A stretch of DNA of 64,000 bases from the NCBI GenBank assembly GCA_951406725.2, contig OX597828.1, positions 58,714,001-58,778,000 of the forward strand. The letters are read 5' to 3'. Both the position numbers and the translations under genes were made by a program. The DNA is from Octopus vulgaris. Taxonomy: Eukaryota. The notes beneath the pieces were generated by a model that saw only the letters and a program-made list of their open reading frames with translations, did not search any database and was not told the origin of the DNA. Positions 39,914-54,200 of the stretch are shown here, piece by piece. The first letter of the stretch is position 1. The number at the start of each line of letters is the position of its first letter.

Positions 39914-42900
39914 ATTTATGATGTATATACTTTTATAAATGTCTTCTGATGAGAAACTTTCTGTTTTATTCCATTTTTCAGATTTCACTGAAATGATGAG
40001 AGCTTTAGGCTATCCACGACTTATATCCATGGAAAACTTCCGGAAGCCAAATTTTGCCCTAGTTGCTGAGATATTATTATGGCTGGTAAAACGGTAGGTG
40101 AACCAGTCACCATGGCTGTGTGAAAGTTAACATACATTCACCTAAAGTATTCCAGATTTTTACTGTTTTTCTTTGTAATGTTTGGAAATGGTATAAGATA
40201 TATTTTGGCCATGTCTGTTACATGGAACAATATCAGGTAATCATCATCATCATCATTTAATGTCTGTTCTCCATGCTGGCATGAGTTGGACAGTTTGACT
40301 GAAAACTGGTAAGCCGGGGAGCTGCACCAGGTTCCAATCTGATTTGGCATGGGTTCTACAGCTGGATGCCCTTCCTAACATCAACCACTCCAAGAGTGAA
40401 GTGGGTGCTTTTTACGTACCACCTGCACAGGTGTTAGTTATGTAACACCGGCATCAGCCACGACTGCGATCTCACTTGGCTTCACGGGTCTTCTCAAGCA
40501 CAGAATATCGCCAAAGGTCTTGATCATTTGTCACTGCCTCCATGAGACCCAATGTTCAAAAGGGTGCTTTTAAGTGCCACCAGCATAGGTGTCAGTTATA
40601 TGACACAGGCATCGGTTATGACTACAATTTCATTTGGCTTGATGGGTCTTCTTCTCAAGCACAGCATATTGCTCAATTTTCAAAGAGTGCTTTTGATGTG
40701 CCACCGGTACGGGTGCCACTTATGCAACACTGGCATTGGCCACCACTAGAATTCCACTTGGCTTGACAGGTCTTCTCAAGCATGGCAGGGGTCTGCTCAA
40801 CTTTCAAAGGGCGGTTTTTATGTGCCATCAATGTGGGTGCTAGGCTTACCTCTTGCTCCCCAATCCTGCCATTTTGGCCCTGTGCCACTGTGTCATTGCA
40901 TATGCCTGGCACTTTGCCACCATCCCTATCCTGCTGTCTGTCTGTCTCTCTCTCCTTCTCCTGCACCTCCTCTAGGTTGGGTAACGGCAACACACCTGTT
41001 TCTGTCTTTATTCCTGATCTTTCTCTCTCTCTCTCTCTCCAGCCAGCTTACCTTGTACCTCCTCTACAGCAAGACACCTGTTTCTGCCTCTCTGTCTCAC
41101 TATAGCCTTTCATCATCCGACACAAGGTCACCTCCTCCAATGCTCCCTCCCCTCTCAAACGAGGTTTTTTTTTTCTGTTTTGAAAGCACTTGGTGACATG
41201 TCAATGAAGGTGCCACTTAAAAGCACCCAGTCCACTCTAAAGTGGTTGGCATTTGGAAGGATATAAGAGCTGTAAAAACCTTGCCAAAACTGATCTTGCC
41301 TGTGCTTGTGCCATATAAAAAAGCAATAAGTCCACTCTGCTGAGTGGTTGGTGTTAGGAAGGGCATCCAACTGTAAAAATCCTGCTAAAACAGTTACCGA
41401 AGTCTGGTGTAGGCTTTTTCCTGGCCAACTCTTGTCAAACTGTCTGCCCCCACCCCATGCCAGCATGGAAGGTGGACGTTAAATGATGATGATGATTTCA
41501 TCAGAGGTCTGCTCAGTCAGGTTTGACTTGGGGTTAAAAAACATCACCGTCATCTTCATTATTATCATCATCAAGTTTTTAAAAATATTGTCTATTTTCT
41601 TCTTCAGATTTGAGCCAACTGCCTCCATCCACTCTGACACTGACACTCAGCAAGATCGTGTCCTTTTCATTAGATCTGTGACAGAGTTTATGGTAGGGTT
41701 TCATCATCTTTATTTAATGAAAATAATATATTACTTTCTCTTTGGTGTACTTTTTTTTTTAATTAACCATATGTCTGTAGAATACTCAGCCACTTGGATA
41801 GTAATTCAACGAACAAGTAATTCAGTTGATCAAATAACTGAATACTCTTTGTTGAAACAAATGGAGATCCATTTAACCTGCTGGTTAAACCTACCTAATG
41901 CCTGTCAAAGTTTGTACCATTTTATATTATAAAAGAGAAGCTGATCTCTGCCTCTCTGTCCGTCACAACATCTATCAGAGGGAGGAGAGAAGGGTAAGAA
42001 TCGAAAGAGGAAATAACCCCTTTTACACAACATTTATTTAGAAGAAGAGGAGAAAAAGTTGAGAGAAACTGTATATGAGAGAGAGAAAGAGAGAGAGTGT
42101 GAAAGGGATAGATAAATAGATAGATAGATAATGTTGTCACCATGGCAATTTTAAGTGCAACACAACACAAACTTCAAAAAAAAAAAAGCTATGGATACTT
42201 TTTGGTTGTTTCTGCATGTCTTTCAACATCATCATCGTTTAACATCCGCTTTCCATGCTAGCATGGGTTGGACGATTTTGACTGAGGGCTAGCGAACCAG
42301 ATGGCTGCACCAGGCTCCAATCTTGATCTGGCAAAGTTTCTACAGCTGGATGCCCTTCCTAACGCCAACCACTCCATGAGTGTAGTGGGTGCTTTTTACG
42401 TTCCACCGGCACGGGGGCCAGTCAGGCGGTACTGGCAACGACCTCGCTCGAATCTTTTTACACATGCCACCGGCACAGGTGCCAGTAAGGCGACGTTGGT
42501 AACGATGACACTCGAATGGTGCCCTTTTATGTGCCACTGGCACAGAAGCCAGTTGACTGTGGAATATTATTCATTGGTGAATTAGAAAAGAAGTAGTGAA
42601 CATTGTTAACCTTAGTATGTTACTTTTTTGTGACACCGTATTTTGTTCTGCAACCATGATATATTAGAAAGCATATTAAACACTTTGTAAGTCCATACTG
42701 TATTACTTCTTTGATTTTGTAGCTTTTTACCATTTGGAATGATTTACTAGGATTTGCTTGAAATCTTTACAGGCCATAAAATCTCATTTGAAGTTAAACA
42801 GCAAAAAACTTTACCAAGCTGATGGCTATGCTGTGAAAGAATTGCTGAAAATAACATCAGTTTTGTACAATGTTATGAAGACTAATGAATTTAATTCATT

Positions 42901-45900
42901 GGACGATACTGAAAGCAATGAAAGTGGTCCAATCTCCTTTGATATATCATCTAAAGTAGGTGTTCTTTAATATGTTTTAAAATTTGTTTTAAATTTTAAT
43001 TGTAAAACTGGAAGTATGGATGGTTTTATCTTTTACCAGTTATTTTTGGGGATAAATTTTGTTATCATATTTCTGTTGGAAAACACTGCATTTGTACTAC
43101 AACTAATTTTGAAAATACTAAAGAATTTTGTAAAATATTTTGTCATTATTAAGTTAGTGTCTGGAGCATAAATTAACATGGAATTTTGATGTAAAGTTTT
43201 AACTAAAATCACTTTGAAACATGAAACTTATATCATTAAACCAAGGGCGATCCCAGACAGATTGGTATCACTAAGGCGGCGAGGGGCTGGCAGAGTGGTT
43301 AGCACCTACTGGGCGAAATGCTGAGCGGTATTTTCTCTGCTGTTACGTTGTGAGTTCAAATTCCACCAAAGTCGACTTTGCTTCTCATCCTTTCGGGGTC
43401 GATTAAATAAGTACCAGTTACGCACTGGGGTCGATATAATCGACTTAATCCGTGTGTCTGTCCTTGTTCGTCCCCTCTGTGTTTAGCCCCTTGTGGGTAG
43501 TAAAGAAATAGGTATCAAAAGGTATTCCCTTTAGTATAACTGTGCTGTGATGTCTATAGTAAGTTTTGATAATTCTTGGTTGTAGTTGTTGCCTTTACTG
43601 TGTTTCATGTCCATCACTGACAGAGATAAGCCAGTTTAATCTAATGATGGACACAGAAGTTTGAGCAATTTACTCTATGAGCATTATCTGTGTCAGTATT
43701 TTGAAAATTGTAAGCTTGTTGGAAATTTAGAGAGAGGTATGAAATGTATAGTTTCTTTTGAATCTATTTCTTTCTGAAGCATGTTATTCTCGAGATGCTG
43801 TGAAACCCACTTTGGTGGTTGTAAAGTTGTAAAGGTGCAGTATTAGACAAGAACAACTTTGAAAACTAAATTCTTTCTCATACATTTGTCACCTTTACCT
43901 TGTGGATTGTTTTATTTGTTTGTTCATTTTACATCTGTTTTTCAATGCTATCATGGGTTAGATCACACTATAAAATAAGCTGCACACACTTGCTGATAAG
44001 TAAAATATGAGTTCATTTCTCTTCACTTTTTGATTGTGACTGTCTCATTGAAGTTATTAAAAATGTGTTGAAAGAATAATGTGTATTGCAAGCACAATTA
44101 AACAATCGGAACTATGTAACAGACTCAACATAATCTGTCTGTATTAAACCTGTTAGACTATGAACAATGTTGGTTATGCTTTGACAAACCTGATATGAAA
44201 ATAAGTATGTAGTACAGATTTAGCAAATTCATTGTTGTATATCAGAGGAAAGTGAATATGGTTGGACTTGAACCCATAACCCCAGTGAATGAAGTACAGT
44301 AACCACTCCGTTGTACTGTGCATTCTAAAAATATGTATATATTAGCAGCAGCAGCAGCAGCAGTAGTAGTAGCAGCAGCAGCAGTAGTGTGTATAGGTGG
44401 GTGTGTTGTTGTTTGTGTATATGTGACAGTTTCAAAAATTTATTACTCACTTCTCTTGCAAATAATATAAATGTTGTGTCTATAATAAATTAAATCTTTG
44501 ATTCTGTTCCATAGTTACATACAAAACTATTTCAGAATAACATTGTAGATTCATTGTTATGGTACATTGGATGAATAAATATTTAGCCTTATATATCCAC
44601 AATTATATATTTATCTTATATTAATGATTATCAGATGAATTTTATTTGTTTTTCTTAGATTTGGTCTCACTTTGACCTAAACCAAAATTGAAGTGAGACG
44701 ACAAACAGAAAAAGGTTTCTGCTTTGTTCTGTTTAGGTATTTCAAAATATTTTAAAATCAGTTTTTTTAAATGTTGTAACCTATCCATCTATTCTGTAAG
44801 TTCCCAGTTGTTTTATCTTTATAAAAATTGTTTACCGTAAATCCTCAAGTATAGTCCGCCCTTGAGTATAATATGCAGGGGATTTTTAGGGGGCTGTACC
44901 TCTGAAAAACCTAAACCTTGTGTATAATACGCACCCCTTCTCTAACTTGAGTCAAGGAAGTCTATATAACGTCCTTGGTTTGTATTATTGCATATATAAT
45001 ATAATGCAAACGTGTAGCTTTTTTGTTCATTTTGTTTGCAGAAAGTAAAGAAATAACAGTAATAACGTTTAATAAATGTTGCTTATTGAAAGTTATGGAT
45101 GATTTAAGGTATTTTCGAGCCCGACATCACAAAATGCGTCTGAATAAACATTGCCGGACAGCAAATAGAGACTTGGACATTGCTTAGAATATAATTTTCA
45201 TTTTTAACCTAATATATAGTACGCACTAGGGATTTTGACCTTTAAATTTTGGGAAAAAATGCGGATTATACTCGAGGATTTATGGTACTAAAATTCAAAT
45301 TAATTTTGAAAAATACTTTTAAAAGTCTTTAAAAATGAATCCTCTTTAATTTCAGGAATTTTCTTTCTTTATGTTTTGTGGTATTTTTGTCTGTAAATTA
45401 ACATTTTATTTTCTCCAGATTGTTGATTTAAAAGAAGCTCGGAAATTGGCATCAGAGATAACACTAAAAGGAGCTACACTCTATGACCTCTTGGCAAAGG
45501 AAGCTGATTTACAGGTGAGTTTTTGCATGTCAGGATTTCATTGTTGAGGTTGTTGTTTGTAGAACTTCATTATCTACATTTCTTTTCTTTTTTTCCCAGT
45601 ATGATAGAATGGGATTGTTGGATTCAAGAGCAGGCATGGCTGTGTGCTTAAGAAACTCACTTGGGAACCACATAGTTTCAGGTTCAGTCCATCAGTGTGG
45701 CACCTTGGGCAGTTGTCTTTAACAATGGCCCAGGGCTAACCAAAAATGCTTTGTGAGTGGATTTGGTAGGCAGAAATGTGTTGGAAGCCCATTGTGTGTG
45801 TATGTATATATATATATCATCATCATCATCATTTAGCGTCCGCTTTCCATGCTAGCATGGGTTGGACGGTTTGACTGGGGTCTGGGAAGCCAGAAGGCTG

Positions 45901-48137
45901 CACCAGGCCCAGTCTGATCTGGCAGTGTTTCTACGGCTGGATGTCCTTCCTAACGCCAACCACTCCGTGAGTGTAGTGGCTGCTTTTTACGTGTCACCCG
46001 CACAGGTGCCAGACGGCGCTGGCAAATGGCCACGGATGGATGGTGCTTTTTATGTGCCACCCGCACGGGGGCCAGGTGAGGCTGGCAACGGCCACAATCG
46101 GATGGTGCTTTTTACATGCCACCGGCACGGAGGCTAGTCGGGGCGGCGCTGGCCACGGCCACTATCGGATGGTACGCTTACGTGTCACCGGCACTGGTAT
46201 CGCAGCTGCAATTTCCATTGATGTTGATCGACTTCGATTTTGGTTCTGATTTCTGATTTGATTTGATTTGATTTGATTTTGATTTTGATTTCCGATTTCC
46301 ACTTGCCTCAACAGGTCTTCACAAGTGGAGTTTTGTGTCCCAAGAAGGAAGGGTATGCATAAGTCGACTGGCTACATACCAAGTAGAGGCCACGGGTAAT
46401 GGTCTCACTAGTCCTGCCGAGTCTTCTGACGCACAGCATACTTCCATAGGTCTCGGTCTCTAGTCATCTCCTCAGTGAGACCTAAAGTTCGAAGGTCGTG
46501 CTTCACCACCTCGTCCCAGGTTTTCCTGGGTCTACCTCTTCCACAGGTTCCCTCAACAGCTAGGGTGTGGCACTTTTTCACTCAACTATCTTCATCCATT
46601 CTCGCCACATGACCATACTAGCGCAAACGTCTCTCTCGCACACCACATCTGATGCTTCTTAGGTCCAGCTTTTCTCTCAAGGTGCTTACACTCTGTCGAG
46701 TATGAACACTGACATTACACATCCATCGGAGCATACTGGCTTCATTTCTTGCGAGCTTACACATATCCTCAGCAGTCACGGCCCATGTTTCACTGCCATG
46801 TAGCATGGCTGTTCGTACACACGCGTCATACAGTCTGCCTTTTACTCTGAGCGAGAGGCCTTTTGTCACCAGCAGAGGTAAGAGCTCTCTGAACTTTGCC
46901 CAAGCTATTCTTACTCTAGCAGTTACACTTTCTGCACACCCACCCCCGCTGCTGACTTGGTCACCTAGGTAACGGAAACTATCAACTATTTCTAGTTTTT
47001 CTCCCTGGAAAGTGGCAGAAGTTGGTCTCAGAGCATTTTCAGTTTTTATTGCTCCTGAGCATCTGCCACATACAAAAACTATCTTCCTAGTTAGCCTTCC
47101 TTTGACATTGCTGCACCTCTTATGTGTCCATAGCTTACACTTGGTGCATCTTATAGAGTTTCTACCTACACCTTTTTTACAGATCGAGCAGCGCCATCTA
47201 CCTGAAGGAATTTGTGATTTGTCTACCTTCCTACTTATTAGTACTTTGGTTTTAGCTATATTGACTCTGAGGCCCTTCGATTCTAATCCTTGCTTCCACA
47301 CCTGAAACTTCTCCTCCAGTTCTGATAGAGACTCAGCAATTAGAGCAAGGTCATCAGCATAGAGGAGCTCCCAGGGGCATCCTGTCTTGAATTCCTCCGT
47401 TATTGCCTGGAGGACTATGATAAATAGGAGGGGCTGAGGACTGAGCCTTGGTGGACCCCTACCTCTACCCAGAATTCTTCACTGTACTCGTTGCCAACCC
47501 TCACCTTACTAGCAGCGTCCCTGTACATGGCTCGCACAGCTCTCACTAACCATTCATCTATCCCTAGTTTCCTCATTGACCACCAGATAAGGGATCAGGG
47601 GACCCTGTCGAAGGTTTTCTCCATGTCAACAAAAGCCAGGTACAGGGGCTTGTCTTTGGCTAGGTATTTCTCCTGCAGCTGCCTTACCAAGAATATAGCA
47701 TCAGTGGTACTTTTCCCTGGCACGAACCCAAACTGCATCTCATCTAAACTAACTCTCTCTCTAATTAGTTGGGCTATAACCCTCTCCGTAACCTTCATTA
47801 CCTGATCTAACAGCTTGATACCTCTGTAATTATTTGTATCTAGGGCATCACCTTTACCTTTGTAGCAGTTGACTAGTATGCTGCTGCACCAGTCATTGGG
47901 TATGACTCCTTCGTGTATCACCTGGTTGACTATACGGGTGACTAGGCTATAGCCAACACTACCAGATATTTTGAGCATCTCTGCAGTGATTCCTGATGGG
48001 CCTGGGGCTTTCCCTGTCTTCATGCTTCTAATTGCCTTAACTACCAAGGAACTGTCAACTCGGATAGCTGGTCCCTCTGTTGGGTCAACATTTGGCAGAC
48101 TCTCTTTATCCCATTCATTTTCTTTATTCAGCAACCT

Positions 48138-48222
<85 letters not shown>

Positions 48223-51200
48223 CACATGAGTGGCTGTGTGGTAAGTAGCTTGCTTACCATCCACATAGTTCTGGGTTCAGTCCCACTGCATGGCACCTTG
48301 GGCAAGTGTCTTCTACTATATCCTCGGGCCGACCAAAACTTTGTGAGTGGATTTGGTAGACGGAAGCTGAAAGAAGCCTGTCGTATATATATGTATATGT
48401 ATATACATGTGTGTCTGTGTTTGTCCCCCCCCCAACATCGCTTGACAACCGATGCTGGTGTGTTTACATCTCCGTAACTTAGCAGTTCAGCAAAAGAGGC
48501 TGATAGAATATGTACTAGGCTTACAAAGAATAAGTCCTGGGGTCGATTTGCTTGACTAAAGGTGGTGCTCCAGCATGGCCGCGGTCAAATGATTGAAACA
48601 AGTAAATGAGTAAAAGAGAGTAAAGAGTATATATAATTAGCTGAGGCATTGCTAGACTAATAACCTTTATTCAGTCGATAAAAACTTTGATGAAGTTACA
48701 TCTTGATTTCTCTTACTATTTATATTTTGAAGGAAAGTCGATCCTCTGTTATTGCACGGCCCCTGGAAATAAACGAAGTTGAAAAAGGAATAAATGCATC
48801 AATGAAGATAGTTCAGGTAAGGTAAAACAGAATTCAAGTGGAATGGCATGGTTGGATGGATAAGTGATTGATGTTGTATCGAAGTGGAACTTGAGCAGAA
48901 AAGATGAGAGAAAAGACTGAAAGAATTAGGCTGGAAAAGATGTTGGAAAAGATGAGAGAAAAGACTGAAAGAATTAGGCTGGAAAAGATGTTGGGAAAGA
49001 TGAGAGAAAAGACTGAAAGAATTAGGCTGGAAAAGATGTTGGAAAAGATGAGAGAAAAGACTGAAAGAATTAGGCTGGAAAAGATGTTGGAAAAGATGAG
49101 AGAAAAGACTGAAAGAATTAGGCTGGAAAAGATGTTGGAAAAGATGAGAGAAAAGACTGAAAGAATTAGGCTGGAAAAGATGTTGGAAAAGATGAGAGAA
49201 AAGACTGAAAGAATTAGGCTGGAAAAGATGTTGGAAAAGATGAGAGAAAAGACTGAAAGAATTAGGCTGGAAAAGATGTTGGAAAAGATGAGAGAAAAGA
49301 CTGAAAGAATTAGGCTGGAAAAGATGTTGGAAAAGATGAGAGAAAAGACTGAAAGAATTAGGCTGGAAAAGATGTTGGAAAAGATGAGAGAAAAGACTGA
49401 AAGAATTAGGCTGGAAAAGAGAAAAGATGAGAGAAAAGACTGAAAGAATTAGGCTGGAAAAGATGTTGGAAAAGATGAGAGAAAAGACTGAAAGAATTAG
49501 GCTGGATGAAAGATGTTGGAAAAGATGAGAGAAAAGACTGAAAGAATTAGGCTGGAAAAGATGTTGGAAAAGATGAGAGAAAAGACTGAAAGAATTAGGC
49601 TGGAAAAGATGTTGGAAAAGATGAGAGAAAAGACTGAAAGAATTAGGCTGGAAAAGATGTTGGAAAAGATGAGAGAGAAAAGACTGAAAGAATTAGGCTG
49701 GAAAAGATGTTGGAAAAGATGAGAGAAAAGACTGAAAGAATTAGGCTGGAAAAGATGTTGGAAAAGATGAGAGAAAAGACTGAAAGAATTAGGCTGGAAA
49801 AGATGTTGGAAAAGATGAGAGAAAAGACTGAAAGAATTAGGCTGGAAAAGATGTTGGAAAAGATGAGAGAAAAGACTGAAAGAATTAGGCTGGAAAAGAT
49901 GTTGGAAAAGATGAGAGAAAAGACTGAAAGAATTAGGCTGGAAAAGATGTTGGAAAAGATGAGAGAAAAGAAAAGACTGAAAGAATTAGGCTGGAAAAGA
50001 TGTTGGAAAAGATGAGAGAAAGACTGAAAGAATTAGGCTGGAAAAGATGTTGGAAAAGATGAGAGAAAAGACTGAAAGAATTAGGCTGAAAAGACTGAAA
50101 GAATTAGGCTGGAAAAGATGTTGAGAAAAGATGAGAGAAAAGACTGAAAGAATTAGGCTGAAAAGATGAATTAGGCTGGAAAAGATGTTGGAAAAGATGA
50201 GAAAAAGACTGAAAGAATTAGGCTGAAAAGATGGAAAGATGAGAGAAAGACTGGAAAAGATGTTGGAAAAGATGAGAGAAAAGACTGAAAGAATTAGGCT
50301 GGAAAAGATGTTGGAAAAGATGAGAGAAAAGACTGAAAGAATTAGGCTGGAAAAGATGTTGGAAAAGATGAGAGAAAAGACTGAAAAGAATTAGGCTGGA
50401 AAAGATGTTGGAAAAGATGAGAGAAAGGCGGAAAAGATGTTGGAAAAGATGAGAGAAAGAATTAGGCTGGAAAAGATGTTGGAAAAGATGAGAGAAAAGA
50501 CTGAAAGAATTAGGCGGAAAAGATGAAAAGATGAGAGAAAAGACTGAAAGAATTAGGCTGGAAAAGATGTTGGAAAAGATGAGAAAAGATGTTGGAAAAG
50601 ATGATGAGAAAAGACTGAAAGAATTAGGCTGGAAAAGATGTTGGAAAAGATGAGAGAAAAGACTGAAAGAATTAGGTTGGAAAAGATGTTGGAAAAGATG
50701 AGAGAAAAGACTGAAAGAATTAGGCTGGAAAAGATGTTGGAAAAGATGAAAAGAGAAAAGACTGAAAGAATTAGGCTGGAAAGATGTTGGAAAAGATGAG
50801 AGAAAAGACTGAAAGAATTAGGCTGGAAAAGATGTTGGAAAAGATGAGAGAAAAGACTGAAAGAATTAGGCTGGAAAAGATGTTGGAAAAGATGAGAGAA
50901 AAGACTGAAAGAATTAGGCTGGAAAAGATGTTGGAAAAGATGAGAGAAAAGACTGAAAGAATTAGGCTGGAAAAGATGTTGGAAAAGATGAGAGAAAAGA
51001 CTGAAAGAATTAGGCTGGAAAAGATGTTGGAAAAGATGAGAGAAAAGACTGAAAGAATTAGGCTGAGAAAAGATGAATTAGGCTGAAAAGATGTTGGAAA
51101 AGATGAGAGAAAAGACTGAAAGAATTAGGCTGGAAAAGATGTTGGAAAAGATGAGAGAAAAGACTGAAAGAATTAGGCTGGAAAAGATGTTGGAAAAGAT

Positions 51201-54200
51201 GAGAGAAAAGACTGGAAAGAATTAGGCTGGAAAAGATGTTGGAAAAGATGAGAGAAAAGACTGAAAGAATTAGGCTGGAAAAGATGTTGGAAAAGATGAG
51301 AGAAAAGACTGAAAGAATTAGGCTGGAAAAGATGTTGGAAAAGATGAGAGAAAAGACTGAAAGACTGAAAAGATGAGAGAAAAGACTGAAAGAATTAGGC
51401 TGGAAAAGATGTTGGAAAAGATGAGAGAAAAGATGAATTAGGCTGGAAAAGATGTTGGAAAAGATGAGAGAAAAGACTGAAAGAATTAGGCTGGAAAAGA
51501 TGTTGGAAAAGATGAGAGAAAAGACTGAAAGAATTAGGCTGGAAAAGATGTTGGAAAAGATGAGAGAAAAGACTGAAAGAATTAGGCTGGAAAAGATGTT
51601 GGAAAAGATGAGAGAAAAGACTGAAAGAATTAGGCTGGAAAAGATGTTGGAAAAGATGAGAGAAAAGACTGAAAGAATTAGGCTGGAAAAGATGTTGGAA
51701 AAGATGAGAGAAAAGACTGAAAGAATTAGGCTGGAAAAGATGTTGGAAAAGATGAGAGAAAAGACTGAAAGAATTAGGCTGGAAAAGATGTTGGAAAAGA
51801 TGAGAGAAAAGACTGAAAGAATTAGGCTGGAAAAGATGTTGGAAAAGATGAGAGAAAAGACTGAAAGAATTAGGCTGGAAAAGATGTTGGAAAAGATGAG
51901 AGAAAAGACTGAAAGAATTAGGCTGGAAAAGATGGAAAAGATGAGAGAAAAGACTGAAAGAATTAGGCTGGAAAAGATGTTGGAAAAGATGAGAGAAAAG
52001 ACTGAGAAAAATTAGGCTGGAAAAGATGTTGGAAAAGATGAGAGAAAAGACTGAAAGAATTAGGCTGGAAAAGATGTTGGAAAAGATGAGAGAAAAGACT
52101 GAAAGAATTAGGCTGGAAAAGATGTTGGAAAAGATGAGAGAAAAGACTGAAAGAATTAAAAGATGTTGGAAAAGATGAGAGAAAAGACTGAAAGAATTAG
52201 GCTGGAAAAGATGTTGGAAAAGATGAGAGAAAAGAAAAGATGAAAGAATTTGGAAAAGATGAGAGAAAAGACTGAAAGAATTAGGCTGGAAAAGATGTTG
52301 GAAAAGATGAGAGAAAAGACTGAAAGAATTAGGCTGGAAAAGATGTTGGAAAAGATGAGAGAAAAGACTGAAAGAATTAGGCTGGAAAAGATGTTGGAAA
52401 AGATGAGAGAAAAGACTGAAAGAATTAGGCTGGAAAAGATGTTGGAAAAGATGAGAGAAAAGACTGAAAGAATTAGGCTGGAAAAGATGTTGGAAAAGAT
52501 GAGAGAAAAGACTGAAAGAATTAGGCTGGAAAAGATGTTGAAAAGATGAGAGAAAAGACTGAAAGAATTAGGCTGGAAAAGATGTTGGAAAAGATGAGAG
52601 AAAAGACTGAAAGAATTAGGCTGGAAAAGATGTTGGAAAAGATGAGAGAAAAGACTGAAAGAATTAGGCTGGAAAAGATGTTGGAAAAGATGAGAGAAAA
52701 GACTGAAAGAATTAGGCTGGAAAAGATGTTGGAAAAGATGAGAGAAAAGACTGAAAGAATTAGGCTGGAAAAGATGTTGGAAAAGATGAGAGAAAAGACT
52801 GAAAGAATTAGGCTGGAAAAGATGTTGGAAAAGATGAGAAAAAGATGTTGGAAAAGATGGGAAAAGATGAGAGAAAAGACTGAAAGAATTAGGCTGGAAA
52901 AGATGTTGGAAAAGATGAGAGAAAAGACTGAAAGAATTAGGCTGGAAAAGATGTTGGAAAAGATGAGAGAAAAGACTGAAAGAATTAGGCTGGAAAAGAT
53001 GTTGGAAAAAAGATGAGAGAAAAGACTGAAAGAATTAGGCTGGAAAAGATGTTGGAAAAGGATGAGAGAAAAGACTGAAAGAATTAGGCTGGAAAAGATG
53101 TTGGAAAAGATGAGAGAAAAGACTGAAAGAATTAGGCTGGAAAAGATGTTGGAAAAGATGAGAGAGAAAAGACTGAAAGAATTAGGCTGGAAAAGATGTT
53201 GGAAAAGATGAGAGAAAAGACTGAAAGAATTAGGCTGGAAAAGATGTTGGAAAAGATGAGAGAAAAGACTGAAAGAATTAGGCTGGAAAAGATGTTGGAA
53301 AAGATGAGAGAGAAAAGACTGAAAGAATTAGGCTGGAAAAGATGTTGGAAAAGATGAGAGAAAAGACTGAAAGAATTAGGCTGGAAAAGATGTTGGAAAA
53401 GATGAGAGAAAAGACTGAAAGAATTAGGCTGGAAAAGATGTTGGAAAAGATGAGAGAAAAGACTGAAAGAATTAGGCTGGAAAAGATGTTGGAAAAGATG
53501 AGAGAAAAGACTGAAAGAATTAGGCTGGAAAAGATGTTGGAAAAGATGAGAGAAAAGACTGAAAGAATTAGGCTGGAAAAGATGTTGGAAAAGATGAGAG
53601 AAAAGACTGAAAGAATTAGGCTGGAAAAGATGTTGGAAAAGATGAGAGAAAAGACTGAAAGAATTAGGCTGGAAAAGATGTTGGAAAAGATGAGAGAAAA
53701 GACTGAAAGAATTAGGCTGGAAAAGATGTTGGAAAAGATGAGAGAAAAGACTGAAAGAATTAGGCTGGAAAAGATGTTGGAAAAGATGAGAGAAAAGACT
53801 GAAAGAATTAGGCTGGAAAAGATGTTGGAAAAGATGAGAGAAAAGACTGAAAGAATTAGGCTGGAAAAGATGTTGGAAAAGATGAGAGAAAAGACTGAAA
53901 GAATTAGGCTGGAAAAGATGTTGGAAAAGATGAGAGAAAAGACTGAAAGAATTAGGCTGGAAAAGATGTTGGAAAAGAAGATGAGAGAAAAGACTGAAAG
54001 AATTAGGCTGGAAAAGATGTTGGAAAAGATGAGAGAAAAGACTGAAAGAATTAGGCTGGAAAAGATGTTGGAAAAGATGAGAGAAAAGACTGAAAGAATT
54101 AGGCTGGAAAAGATGTTGGAAAAGATGAGAGAAAAGACTGAAAGAATTAGGCTGGAAAAGATGAAGAAAAGACTGAAAGAATTAGCTGGAAAAGATGTTG

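Noticed and set aside
50000-52550. Variant units in the array centre as a higher-order structure
   Set aside because: Irregular small indels are equally explained by long-read consensus error; no periodicity visible
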